Assembly: GCA_963832895.1 (NCBI GenBank)
Contig: CAWHVQ010000004.1
Coordinates: 89,507-153,506 of the forward strand
Reading direction: 5' to 3'
Origin: an uncultured Alphaproteobacteria bacterium
Lineage (GTDB): Bacteria; Pseudomonadota; Alphaproteobacteria; Acetobacterales; Acetobacteraceae
DNA: 64,000 nt
This document shows positions 19,788-29,603 of this stretch, one piece after another. Position numbers and translations under genes: made by a program. Within the stretch, counting starts at the first letter, position 1, and the number at the start of each line of letters is the position of its first letter. The notes beneath the pieces are model-generated. The model was not told the DNA's origin, made no database searches, and worked only from the letters and a program-made list of their open reading frames with translations.

Positions 19788-20703
19788 TCATCGACGCTGC
19801 GCGGAGCCGGCCAGCGCGAGATATTCCCACGCAACGGTCGCCGCTGCCAGCGCGGTGATTTCGGCAACGTCATAGGCCGGAGCGACCTCAACGACATCCA
19901 TGCCGGCGAACGCCACGCCACGCAGCCGGCGCAGGATCGCCTGCACCTGCCATGACGCCAGGCCACCGATCTCCGGCGTGCCGGTGCCGGGCGCGAAGGC
20001 CGGGTCCAGCGCATCGACGTCGAAGCTGAGATAGGCCGGCGCCTCTCCGACCACATCGCGGATGCGTCGCGCCACCGCATCGGGACCTAGCGCGTGCACG
20101 TCCTGCGCGGTCAGTACCGGTGACCCCGTGACCGATGGTCCAGTCCCACACCTCGCGCTGCACCGGCGAGCGGATGCCGATCTGGATCATGCGCCGCGGC
20201 TCGACCAGCCGCTCCTCGATCGCATGATAAAATACCGATCCGTGCGCGTAGGGCTGACCGAAATTGTCCGGCCAGGTGTCCACGTGCGCGTCGAAATGCA
20301 CCAGCCCGAGGCTGCCGCCGATCCGGCGCGACAGCGCTCGCAGCAGCGGCAGGGTGATGCCGTGCTCGCCGCCCAGGGCAATCAGATGGCCAAGCCCGGC
20401 CGCCTGCTGCTCAATCAACTGCAGGCTGGCTGGTATGTCGCCGAGGGCAAGCCGGAGATCGCCGATGTCGGCGACGTTCAGTGCCGCGGGCTCGATCCAG
20501 AATTCGGGATGCGCGCCATCGGTCAGCATCCGGCTGGCCCGCCGGATCGCGTGCGGGCCGTCGCGCGCGCCGGCACGGTTGGTGGTGCCGATGTCCAGCG
20601 GCACGCCCGCGACGATAAACTCCGTGGCCGGATCGCTGCAGGCGATCCCGAGAAACCCCGGGGCCGTGGCGAAAGTGGGAACCGCAGCGGGGATCAGCGT
20701 CAT
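19788..20703 (-). pseudogene. speB: agmatinase (ureohydrolase), +1 frameshift at GTAC 20114-20117
   Basis: The N-terminal ORF has GGEHGITLPLL and HFDAHVDTW. The C-terminal ORF has LSFDVDALDPAFAPGTGTPEIGG. Deleting one C from plus-strand CAGTACCGGT joins ...IGHGVT|VLTAQDVHALGPDAV.... Confidence 0.85.
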
Positions 20704-20706
20704 TGT

Positions 20707-21855
20707 CTACGGCCGCACCAGGGCGATAACGATCTCGGCCAGGATCAGGACAATGATCAGGAACTCCATCAGTTCCGTCCGGCTGGCCAAACTCTCATCG
20801 TACAGCGCCGAATACGTGTCGCGGATGATCGCAAGCTTGCGCTCCACCGCGGCATTCACCTCCGGCACGCGGAACAGTTCCAGCGCCGCCGCGTAGATCC
20901 GCGCGAGATACACGTCCTCGGTCACCTGCAATGCATTGTCCACGCGCTCGGTCAGTTCGGTGACTTCGGCGACCAATGTGTGCAGCCGGCGCGCGAGGCC
21001 GGCAAATCGACGCGAAGCCAGCAACGTGCGCGCGCGTCGCGCCTTCGCCACCAGGTCGTACATGCGCGGCAGTTCATCGTCCAGCAGCTCGTCGTAGTAA
21101 CGCATCTCCAGAAGCTGGGCATTGGCCACCTCGAGCACGTCCAGGACGTCGGAGTCACCGCGCGGCTCATAGACGAATGCGCGGTCCCAGGTCAGCACCA
21201 CCAGATCGTCGGTGTAATATGAGAAGCGCTGGCGCAACAGCTCATGGCGCGCGCCATCCGAGAGCGGACGCTGCTCACCGGACAGCAACGGCACCAGATC
21301 GACGCTGTCGCGCAATGCCGCCGCGGTCAGCTTCGGCTCAAACGTATGCACGACACCGATCAGGTAATCCTCCTGGACCCTCGAGTCCTCGGCGCGGTTC
21401 ATTGCCGGCCCGAGCAGCTCGCGCACCCGCCTCAGCAGGCGATCCCACATGTCGTCGGCCGCCGTGACGCTGCGATCGACCGCATTCAACTGTCGGACAA
21501 AATCAGCCCAGGTCACATTCACGATCGGAACGCGCAACGCAATCGTGACTGCGCCGAAGTCATAGAGCCGGACCGTCGCGACCGCCGCCACATCCTCGCC
21601 TTCCAGCGCCAGCACGACCGGTTCGAGTTCAAGCGCCAGCGGCGGCACACCAAAGGCCATCGCTTTCGGCGGAGTCGCACTGAGCCGGATGCGACGTGAC
21701 GTCCGTGCCTGGTCGGCGAGCAGCCCCTCGGCACGTGCGAGGTCTATCGCGTAGGCCACGTCGAACAGCCGCAGCGCCACCACGGCACCAACCGCCACCG
21801 TCGGCTCCGATTGGCGTAGCTGCCCGGACAGATAGCTGTCGGCTTCGTTGCCCAT
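20707..21855 (-). CDS. conserved hypothetical protein with C-terminal membrane anchor
   Basis: Long ORF with good coding appearance and coiled-coil-like middle. The last 22 aa are hydrophobic (LMEFLIIVLILAEIVIALV). The start was chosen at MGNEADSY (21855) so that it does not overlap nudC. The stop is 3 nt from the agmatinase start. Confidence 0.65.
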   Translation of the reverse strand: MGNEADSYLSGQLRQSEPTVAVGAVVALRLFDVAYAIDLARAEGLLADQARTSRRIRLSATPPKAMAFGVPPLALELEPVVLALEGEDVAAVATVRLYDFGAVTIALRVPIVNVTWADFVRQLNAVDRSVTAADDMWDRLLRRVRELLGPAMNRAEDSRVQEDYLIGVVHTFEPKLTAAALRDSVDLVPLLSGEQRPLSDGARHELLRQRFSYYTDDLVVLTWDRAFVYEPRGDSDVLDVLEVANAQLLEMRYYDELLDDELPRMYDLVAKARRARTLLASRRFAGLARRLHTLVAEVTELTERVDNALQVTEDVYLARIYAAALELFRVPEVNAAVERKLAIIRDTYSALYDESLASRTELMEFLIIVLILAEIVIALVRP

Positions 21856-21935
21856 GGCCGGTGTGTAGCACGGCGGTTGCCGCTCCGCCCGCCACATGGC
21901 ACCGTCCGCCGGACCCCAAGCAGCGAGCGCTTTCC

Positions 21936-22863
21936 GTGACATTCATCCTTGCCAGCCGCCCGAACGTCTATTCATCGAGCCCGCTCGACCGCGTCGGGAC
22001 CCGGCGCGAAGACGCGGCGTGGATCGAACAGCGGCTGCATGACCCCGACACGCTGTTTGTGCCGGTGTGGCGCAATCGCAACCTGGTGCGCGGGATGAAC
22101 GATGGCGCACCAGAAGCTGTGTTCATCTCCGGCGAGATGGCACAGACATTGCGCATGCAGGGCGGCCCCTGGGCATTTCTCGGGCTGCACGACGAGCTGG
22201 CGATCTTCGCGATGGATATCAGCACGGCGGAAGACCCGGTGCCGTTGCTGTCGGAGGACCTGGGAACGTTCGTCGATCTGCGTTCGGTGGGCTGGGGGGT
22301 GGCGCGGCCGGAGGCCTCGATCCTGGCGCACGCGCGCGGGTTGCTGCACTGGCGTGCGCGCCATCGATTCTGCGGCGTCTGCGGCAGCGTGTGCGAGGCG
22401 CGCAGTGCGGGCCACGTGATGGTCTGCACCGCCTGCGAGGTGCAGCACTTCCCGCGCACCGATCCCGCCGTGATCATGCTGGTGACGCGCGACGATCACG
22501 CGCTGCTCGGCCATTCGCAGCGCTTCCCGCGCTCCAGCATGTACCTCCACCCTGGCCGGCTTCGTGGAGCCGGGAGAAACACTGGAAGAGGCGGTCCGCC
22601 GCGAGGTGTTCGAGGAATCCGGCATCAAAGTGGGCGACGTGCAATACCACTCAAGTCAGCCCTGGCCGTTTCCCGGCAACATCATGCTCGGCTTCTATGG
22701 CGAAGGACTGAGCGAGGCCATCACCATCGATCCGGAAGAGATGCTGGATGTGCGCTGGTTCTCGCGCGAGCAGATCCGCGACAGCGAGGCGAACGGCTTC
22801 CTGCTTCCGCGTGCCGACAGCATCGCACGGCGGCTGATCGAGGACTGGATGGCGACGGAGTGA
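21936..22863 (+). pseudogene. nudC: NADH pyrophosphatase (Nudix), +1 frameshift at GTAC 22541-22544
   Basis: Zn-ribbon CGVCGS...CTAC in the first frame. Nudix box GFVEPGETLEEAVRREVFEESGI in the second. Deleting C22545 from ATGTACCTCC gives ...SSMY|STLAGFVEPGE.... Confidence 0.85.
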
Positions 22864-23123
22864 AATTCTGGTTGTTTATTGCGCTCATGCTCACCGCCTG
22901 CGCCGCCAAGGACAACAGCCCGCAGGCACAGTGCGAGCTGCAGGCAGATCAGGATCCCACTGTGCGGTCGATCTATCGCGGCGATCAGGGGGACTACACG
23001 CAGCTCGGTCCGGCCCGTTCGAACCTGATGTGGGCGAAGCGCCAGGCAACATTGAAGTGCATGCAGCAGAAGGGTCTGGCGCCGCCGGGCGGTGTGGAGC
23101 CGATCCGCCCGCCGGTCTATTAA
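22860..23123 (+). CDS. small lipoprotein
   Basis: GTG start overlapping the nudC stop (GTGA). VKFWLFIALMLTAC has a lipobox L-T-A-C. 87 aa. The stop lies 3 nt before the next gene. Confidence 0.6.
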   Translation: MKFWLFIALMLTACAAKDNSPQAQCELQADQDPTVRSIYRGDQGDYTQLGPARSNLMWAKRQATLKCMQQKGLAPPGGVEPIRPPVY

Positions 23124-23126
23124 CCG

Positions 23127-23573
23127 ATGCCTGACCTGCTCACCATCGGCTATGAGGGATGCACGATCGACGACGTGCTGGCCGAGCTGAAGGCGGCTGG
23201 CGTGAAGCTGCTGGTGGATGTCCGCGCCGTGCCGCAGTCGCGCAAGCCAGGCTTCTCCAAGCGCCAGCTCGCGGCCGGGCTTGACGCAAGCGGCATCGCC
23301 TATGTGCATCTCCAGGGTCTGGGGACGCCAAAGCCTGGGCGCGACGCCGTGCGCGCCGGCCATCCGGAGCGGATGGAGCCGATCTTCCGCGAGCACATGC
23401 GCTCGGACCGGGCGCAGGCCGAGCTGGCGCAGGCGAAGGTTCTGGCGCGGGAGCGGCGCGTATGCCTGCTTTGCTTTGAGCAGGACCCGATGACATGCCA
23501 TCGCCGCTTCGTCGCCGAGATGATCGCCGACGAGACCGCGCAGCCGATCGTTCATCTGCACGCGCGCCGGTGA
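23127..23573 (+). CDS. DUF488-family protein
   Basis: LLTIGYEG...LLVDVRAVPQSRKPGFSK...CLLCFEQDPMTCHRRFVAE matches the DUF488 pattern. Confidence 0.85.
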   Translation: MPDLLTIGYEGCTIDDVLAELKAAGVKLLVDVRAVPQSRKPGFSKRQLAAGLDASGIAYVHLQGLGTPKPGRDAVRAGHPERMEPIFREHMRSDRAQAELAQAKVLARERRVCLLCFEQDPMTCHRRFVAEMIADETAQPIVHLHARR

Positions 23574-23574
23574 C

Positions 23575-24096
23575 CTACTTCGCTGCGGCGATCGCCTTGC
23601 GGATGTTGTCTTCGGCCTCTGCCTTGCCGGCCCAGCCGTTGATCTTCACCCATTTGCCGGGCTCGAGATCCTTGTAGCGCTCGAAGAAGTGCTCGATTGC
23701 CGAGCGAGTGATGGCGGGCAGGTCTTCGATGCTGTCAATACCGCTGTATTGCGGATGCACCCGCTCATGCGGCACGCAGATGATCTTCTCGTCGGGCCCC
23801 TTCTCGTCGTCCATGCGAAGCATGCCGATCGGCCGTGCCCGGATCACCGCGCCGGGCACCACCTGGGTCGGGATCAGCACCAGTGCATCGGCCGGATCGC
23901 CATCCTCGGCGAGCGTGCCGGGAATGAAGCCGTAAGCCGATGGATAGGCCGTTGCCGTGAACAGAAATCGATCGACGAAGATCGCGCCCGACTCCTTGTC
24001 CACTTCGTATTTCACCGCTGATCCCTGCGGGATCTCGACCACCACGAAGATGTCGCCTGGCGGTGCACGACCGGTCGGGATCTTGCTGACATCCAT
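23575..24096 (-). CDS. ppa: inorganic pyrophosphatase
   Basis: MDVSKIPTG...[19 protein letters not shown]...[19 protein letters not shown]...DEKII is a family I PPase. Confidence 0.95.
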   Translation of the reverse strand: MDVSKIPTGRAPPGDIFVVVEIPQGSAVKYEVDKESGAIFVDRFLFTATAYPSAYGFIPGTLAEDGDPADALVLIPTQVVPGAVIRARPIGMLRMDDEKGPDEKIICVPHERVHPQYSGIDSIEDLPAITRSAIEHFFERYKDLEPGKWVKINGWAGKAEAEDNIRKAIAAAK

Positions 24097-24254
24097 CAGG
24101 CTCTCTCCAAAGAACGTCACACCGTAGCATTCATCATGGCGCACCGGCCACAACACACGTCAGTCCGCGTCGGCAACATAATTGCAAGCTTCGTCTGTTA
24201 GGCGTTGGCCACCAACGATGGGGTCAGGCGGCCATTCGTCAACTATGGCGCAAA

Positions 24255-24476
24255 GTGGACGAATCCTTGTACGCGGCCGTTATCGGCGGACGCGGCGGCG
24301 CGCGATATCATTTGATCGTGGAGCGGTTGCCCGGCGGTGACGGCTGGGATTGGACCGTCTGGCGTCCCGGCGACCCACCCGAGACCGCACGCCACGGCGT
24401 CGCACCATCCGTTGTTCGAGCGATGCGGGCTGCCGAGGCTGCTGTCCGCAGTTGGGATAACAGCACGTCGCCATGA
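24255..24476 (+). CDS. hypothetical small protein
   Basis: 73-aa ORF in an otherwise empty 360-bp gap. No recognisable motif. Confidence 0.35.
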   Translation: MDESLYAAVIGGRGGARYHLIVERLPGGDGWDWTVWRPGDPPETARHGVAPSVVRAMRAAEAAVRSWDNSTSP

Positions 24477-24523
24477 GCCCACAGGTTCGGCGAATGGCGC
24501 GCCGAACCTGATTTGCTCGCGGG

Positions 24524-25255
24524 CTACACCGTGGCACCGCCATCGATCGCAATCTCGGCGCCGGTGATGTAGCCGCTCTCGTCGGAGAGCAGGAACAACA
24601 CGAGGTGCGCAACCTCACCGGCGGTCCCCATGCGTTTCATCGGCACCAGTTGCAGCCGCTGCTGGTTCTGTTCCGCGGTGCGGACCTTCAGCATCTCGGT
24701 GTCGATCGGACCGGGATGCACGGAGTTCACCCGGATCCTGCGCGGCGCCAGGTCGACGGCGGCTGCCTTGGTCATGCCACGTAACGCCCACTTGGTCGCG
24801 CTGTACGCGATCGCGCCGGGCGATCCACGGAGGCCGGCAACGGACGATATATTGGCGATCGAGCCGCCGCCCGACCGCTCCATTGCCGGCACCACAGCCT
24901 TCATGCCGAGAAAGCAACCGAGCTGATTGACACGCATGTGGCGCTCGAACAGTTCGGCGTCGGTTTCCATCAGGCTGCGCGGCTGAAAGATGCCGGCATT
25001 GTTGACCAGGCCATGCAGGCCGCCCAACTTCTCGGCGGCATCTACCGCCGTCTGCCAGTCTGCTTCCTGCGTCACATCCTGCCGCACGAAAACTGCAGCA
25101 CTGCCGAGTTCAGATGCAAGTCGACGACCTTCGGACTCAAGCACGTCGCCGATCACGACGCGCGCTCCTTCCGCGGAGAACAAGCGCGCTTCGGCCGCTC
25201 CCTGTCCGCGAGCTCCGCCGCTGATCAATATGACTTTCCCTTTCAGGCGTTCCAT
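24524..25255 (-). CDS. SDR-family oxidoreductase (3-alpha/20-beta-hydroxysteroid dehydrogenase-like)
   Basis: MERLKGKVILISGGARGQG (TGxxxGxG), NNAG, and YSATKWA (YxxxK). Confidence 0.9.
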   Translation of the reverse strand: MERLKGKVILISGGARGQGAAEARLFSAEGARVVIGDVLESEGRRLASELGSAAVFVRQDVTQEADWQTAVDAAEKLGGLHGLVNNAGIFQPRSLMETDAELFERHMRVNQLGCFLGMKAVVPAMERSGGGSIANISSVAGLRGSPGAIAYSATKWALRGMTKAAAVDLAPRRIRVNSVHPGPIDTEMLKVRTAEQNQQRLQLVPMKRMGTAGEVAHLVLFLLSDESGYITGAEIAIDGGATV

Positions 25256-25512
25256 GCGTTTCCTCCTCATCGAGTGGCCGCGCGGCCGGCATCGAGAACC
25301 GAAGACCCGGCTTCAGGTGCCTCGCGGCAGACATCAGTTCAACACGGAGAAGGCAAAGCGAGAACCACCCCGGCAGCAGGTCGGACCTACTCCGCAATGA
25401 AAAAGCCGGGCGCAAGCGAGGCGGAACAACTCCCCGGCAGGCTGGAACCGGCCGCGCAGGCAATCGTTCGACCTGGATACGTTGAATCGGGCCGGGGATT
25501 GGCGGTGCAGAA

Positions 25513-25707
25513 ATGCAGGAAACAGCAAAAAACCCGTCAATGATGAGGAAGTTGGCCGCCCACTGGCGCCGGGTGGCTCAACTGGTGACCGACGCGTTCG
25601 TGGAGAAGGCCCTATGCGCCCGCGCCAGCGACCTGGAAGTGCAGGCCGAGGAGATCGAACGACGCGCGAGGTCAGCAGACAAGTCGCGTCCGACGAAGGC
25701 TGGATGA
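25513..25707 (+). CDS. hypothetical small protein
   Basis: 64-aa ORF (alternative start MMRKL at 25540). Helical and charged. No motif. Confidence 0.35.
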   Translation: MQETAKNPSMMRKLAAHWRRVAQLVTDAFVEKALCARASDLEVQAEEIERRARSADKSRPTKAG

Positions 25708-25899
25708 GCAGCGAGCGCCGGAATCCGCCATTATCACACCATTGTGCGCGGACCCGCCGGGGCCGGGCTTCTCCGAAGCAAGAGTTTGGCGAGTCAAGGC
25801 GTTTATGGCCACAACTTGATATACATTGGCAGAACGAGTCGCGCGCCGCTCTCGTTGCAATGTCTTCCCAGCCCGGGTGACTTTGCCCAAAGTCGGTGA

Positions 25900-26181
25900 A
25901 TGCACAACCAAAATGTTGTTCCTGATAAGTTCACTTTGAGCGGCGACCAACTGGATCGCCTCCGGCAGGCCCTGAAGGTCGCCGGGCATCAGGCCCGGGT
26001 CGCGCAGCATGGCGGCTACGGCCGCAATCTCGAGGATACACTGGCCGAGATCGAGGAAACGATCGGCGCCCAACTCGCCCGGATCGAAACGGCGCTCGAT
26101 GACGACAAGGCTGAAGCCGAGGATACCGCCGAGGCACTGCGTGCGCGGCGGTCCTGGTTCCCGCGCTACCGGGCGGCCTAG
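25900..26181 (+). CDS. hypothetical coiled-coil protein translationally coupled to ku
   Basis: 93-aa ORF. Its stop TAG (26179-26181) lies 2 nt before the ku ATG at 26184. Predicted helical with an acidic tail. Confidence 0.45.
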   Translation: MHNQNVVPDKFTLSGDQLDRLRQALKVAGHQARVAQHGGYGRNLEDTLAEIEETIGAQLARIETALDDDKAEAEDTAEALRARRSWFPRYRAA

Positions 26182-26183
26182 CC

Positions 26184-27062
26184 ATGCCAGCGCGTCCAAT
26201 CTGGCGTGGTCATCTTCGGCTGGCACTGGTGTCGTGCCCGGTCGCGCTCTGGAACGCCAAGCACGATCGCGCGGCGATCAGGTTCAACATGATCAATCCA
26301 AAGACCGGACATCGGATCAAGATGATGACGGTGGATTCCGATACCGAAGAGGAAGTGCAGCGGCGCGACACGGTGAAGGGCTACGAGTTCCGGAAGGGCC
26401 AGTACCTGCTGCTGGAAGACACGGACTTCGAGAGCGTCAAGGTCGAGAGTTCCTCCGTGATGGCGATCGACAAGTTCGTCGAGGTGAATTCGATCGACCC
26501 GATCTACTACGCCGGGAGCTACTACCTGGCCCCAGACGGTGACGCCGGGCGCGACGTCTACGCCGTGCTTCTGGAATCCATCGCCGAGACCGGACGCATT
26601 GCGCTGGCGCGCGTCGTGATCGGGCAGCGCGAACGCACCATAGCGCTGCGCGCGATGCCCGGCGGTCTCGTTGCCCATACCCTGGACGAACAGCGCGACA
26701 TCAACGATGCGCGCGCGGTCTTCGGTGACGTTTCCGACATCAAGACCGAACCCGAGATGGTGCAACTCGCCAAGCAGTTGATCGATCGCCAGACCACGGA
26801 CTACGATCCATCCGACCTTGAGGACCACTACGAGACGCGGCTACGGGCGATGATCGAGGCGAAGCTGAAGGGCGAGGGCATCGATGTGAGCGAGCCGGAA
26901 GAACCGGATCGGAGCAACGTGATCGACCTGATGGCAGCGCTGAAGAAGAGCCTGGGCGAGTCAGCCGAGACGAAGGCGGCGCCGGCGAAGAAGCCGGCCA
27001 AGGAACCCAAGGAGAAGGCAGTCGCTCGGCCTGCCGCCAAGGCGTCCCGCAAGCGCGCCTGA
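26184..27062 (+). CDS. ku: non-homologous end joining protein Ku
   Basis: RPIWRGHLRLALVSCPVALWNA...IRFNMINPKTGHRIK...YYLAPDG plus a Lys/Ala/Pro-rich C-terminal tail, as in canonical bacterial Ku. Confidence 0.9.
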   Translation: MPARPIWRGHLRLALVSCPVALWNAKHDRAAIRFNMINPKTGHRIKMMTVDSDTEEEVQRRDTVKGYEFRKGQYLLLEDTDFESVKVESSSVMAIDKFVEVNSIDPIYYAGSYYLAPDGDAGRDVYAVLLESIAETGRIALARVVIGQRERTIALRAMPGGLVAHTLDEQRDINDARAVFGDVSDIKTEPEMVQLAKQLIDRQTTDYDPSDLEDHYETRLRAMIEAKLKGEGIDVSEPEEPDRSNVIDLMAALKKSLGESAETKAAPAKKPAKEPKEKAVARPAAKASRKRA

Positions 27063-27396
27063 TGCGGGGCGCCACGCTGCGCAGGAGAACCGCTTGCCAA
27101 CGCATTCGTCCAAGTCTCGCGCGCATCGGGCCCTGGTCTTGCAGAACCAGGCCAGGGTCGCCGCCGAGGCCGGCGCTTCAAGTGCAGACCGGCCGGATTG
27201 CCAGTTGAAAATGCCGCTGCTCGTAGAAGTCAAACGCAACGCCGCGACGAAGTCACGGACGCGGCGAGGCCGTCAGAAGTCCGCGGGCGATCAGCCCGAT
27301 CTCGGAGAGCTGTAAAAGCCGGCAGTCCGATTGCCCTGTCGGCAGGCCATCCGTATCCTCCCGTCCAAGCAAAACCGAAGAACAACGGGAGGGTTC

Positions 27397-28575
27397 ATGT
27401 TGCGCTCGATCACCCTGTGCGTCGGTCTCCTGGCGCTGCTTGCCGGACCTTCCGGCGCGCATGCACAGGAGACGGTGAAGATCGGCGTCATCCTGCCGCT
27501 TTCCGGACAGTTCGCCGATACCGGGGTGCAGCTCGACGACGGCATCAAGCTGTATATGCAGCAGCACGGCGACACGGCGGCCGGCAAGAAGATCGAGGTT
27601 ATCCGCAAGGACGTCGGCGGCATCGCCCCCGAGGTGGCCAAGCGGCTCGCACAGGAACTGATCGTGCGCAACGGGGCGGACATCCTTGCCGGCTTCGCGC
27701 TGACGCCGAACGCCCTCGCTGCGGCGGAAGTGTCGGCGCAGGCGAAGAAGTTCATGGTGGTGATGAACGCTGCCACCTCGAGCATCACGACCAAATCGCC
27801 GTATCTGGCGCGGACGTCGGTCACGGTGCCGGAGATCGACGAAACATTCGGCAGCTGGGCTGCCAAGAGCGGCATCAAGACGGCGTACACGCTGGTCTCC
27901 GACTATGGACCTGGATTGGACGCCGAGACCGCCTTCCAGCGCGCATTCCAGGAGGGCGGGGGCAAGATCGTGGGATCGGTGAGAATGCCCGTGGCGAATG
28001 CGGACTTCTCCGCCTTCGTGCAGCGCGCCAAGGACGCCAATCCCGAAGCCATCTTCATCTTCGTGCCCGGCGGCACACAGCCGGCCGCGATCGGCAAGGC
28101 GCTGGCCAGCCGTGGCATCACGCCCCAGAACACCAAAATCCTCGGCGGGGGCGAGATCACCTTCGAGGACGCGCTGAAGAGTATGGGCGATGACGCCCTC
28201 GGCATCATCACGGCGTTCCATTACGACTACAACCACGCCTCGCCGCTAAACAAGGAATTCGTCGCGGCCTACAACAAAGCGTTCGGACGCAATCCCGACA
28301 TCTATTCGATCGGCGGCTACGACGGCATGCGGCTGATCTACGCGGCGCTGGAGAAGACCGGCGGCAAGGCCGACGGTCAGGACCTGATCGATGCCGCCAA
28401 GGGCATGGCGTGGGAGAGCCCACGGGGCCCTATCTCGATCGATCCGGAGACGCGCGACATTGTCCAGACGGTCTATATCCGCAGGGTGGAGAAGGTGGAT
28501 GGCCACCTGGTGAATGTCGAATTCGACAAGGTCGAGAACGTCAAGGACCCGCTGAAGGCGCGCATGCCGAAGTGA
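27397..28575 (+). CDS. ABC transporter substrate-binding protein (LivK/branched-chain amino-acid type)
   Basis: Signal peptide MLRSITLCVGLLALLAGPSGAHA, then ETVKIGVILPLSGQFADTG... (type I periplasmic binding fold). Confidence 0.9.
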   Translation: MLRSITLCVGLLALLAGPSGAHAQETVKIGVILPLSGQFADTGVQLDDGIKLYMQQHGDTAAGKKIEVIRKDVGGIAPEVAKRLAQELIVRNGADILAGFALTPNALAAAEVSAQAKKFMVVMNAATSSITTKSPYLARTSVTVPEIDETFGSWAAKSGIKTAYTLVSDYGPGLDAETAFQRAFQEGGGKIVGSVRMPVANADFSAFVQRAKDANPEAIFIFVPGGTQPAAIGKALASRGITPQNTKILGGGEITFEDALKSMGDDALGIITAFHYDYNHASPLNKEFVAAYNKAFGRNPDIYSIGGYDGMRLIYAALEKTGGKADGQDLIDAAKGMAWESPRGPISIDPETRDIVQTVYIRRVEKVDGHLVNVEFDKVENVKDPLKARMPK

Positions 28576-28630
28576 GCCCCCCGCGTACCCTCTCCCGCCT
28601 TTCGCGGGATCGGGTCGGGGGGAGGCGGCG

Positions 28631-29491
28631 GTGATTGCCCCAGCCTTCGGCGTCCTGTTCGACGGCTTCGCCTACGGCATGCTGCTGTTCCTGCTGTCGG
28701 TGGGGCTGTCGGTGACATTGGGCTTGATGAACTTCGTCAACCTGGCGCACGGCAGCTTCGCAATGCTCGGCGCCTATGTGACCGTGACCTTGATGGAGCG
28801 CGGCTGGCCGTTCTTCGCAACGTTGCCGTGCGCGTTCCTGGCGGCCGCCGTGGTCAGCGTGGCGCTCGAGCGCACGCTGTTCCGCCGGCTGTACCGCGCG
28901 AGCGATCTCCAGCAGGTGCTGCTGACGCTGGGCGTGGTGTTCGTCTCGGTGGCCGCCGCCGCGTGGTTCTACGGCACGATGCAGCAGCCGGTGCGTCTGC
29001 CGGCGTACCTGCGCAGCTATACGACCGTCATGGGGGTCAATTTCAGCACCTACAGGCTGTTCCTGATCGGGGTCGCGCTAGCAATCACCGTCCTGTTGGT
29101 CGCGACACTGGAATACACCCGATTTGGCGCTCAGGTGCGCGCCGCGGTGGACAACCAGCGCATGGCACTGGGTCTGGGCATCGACGTGGACGGCGTGTTC
29201 GCCATCACCTTCGCGCTCGGCAGCGGTCTGGCGGGCCTGGGAGGCGCGCTGGCGATCGAAATCGTCGGTCTCGACCCGAACTTCGCTTTCACCTACCTGA
29301 TCTACGTGCTGATCGTGGTTGCGGTCGGCGGGCTCGGCTCGATCCGCGGATCGCTGCTGGCGGCGATCGTGCTGGGCGTGAGCGATGCGGCCGGAAAGTA
29401 CTATGTCCCCACCCTGGGCGCCTTTCTCATCTATCTGGTGATGGTCAGCCTGCTGCTGTGGCGGCCTTCGGGTCTGTTCGGGCGGCGGTAG
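28631..29491 (+). CDS. livH: branched-chain amino-acid ABC permease (LivH-type)
   Basis: 286 aa. GLMNFVNLAHGSFAMLGAY motif. GTG start after GGAGG. Confidence 0.9.
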   Translation: MIAPAFGVLFDGFAYGMLLFLLSVGLSVTLGLMNFVNLAHGSFAMLGAYVTVTLMERGWPFFATLPCAFLAAAVVSVALERTLFRRLYRASDLQQVLLTLGVVFVSVAAAAWFYGTMQQPVRLPAYLRSYTTVMGVNFSTYRLFLIGVALAITVLLVATLEYTRFGAQVRAAVDNQRMALGLGIDVDGVFAITFALGSGLAGLGGALAIEIVGLDPNFAFTYLIYVLIVVAVGGLGSIRGSLLAAIVLGVSDAAGKYYVPTLGAFLIYLVMVSLLLWRPSGLFGRR

Positions 29492-29603
29492 TTCGCGCGG
29501 CCATGATCGTTCCTTGACAGCCGGCAATTCCCTGGTGTCATTGCCCGGAAAAGGAAGCAGGCATCATGTTATGGACAGACCCCCCAGCTGCGCCTGGTGG
29601 CCG

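Noticed and set aside
27063-27396. A ligD remnant or small gene in the 330-bp gap after ku (ORF 27094-27315).
   Set aside because: The translation is low-complexity and basic, with no ligase, polymerase or nuclease motif. It is treated as non-coding leader of the ABC operon.
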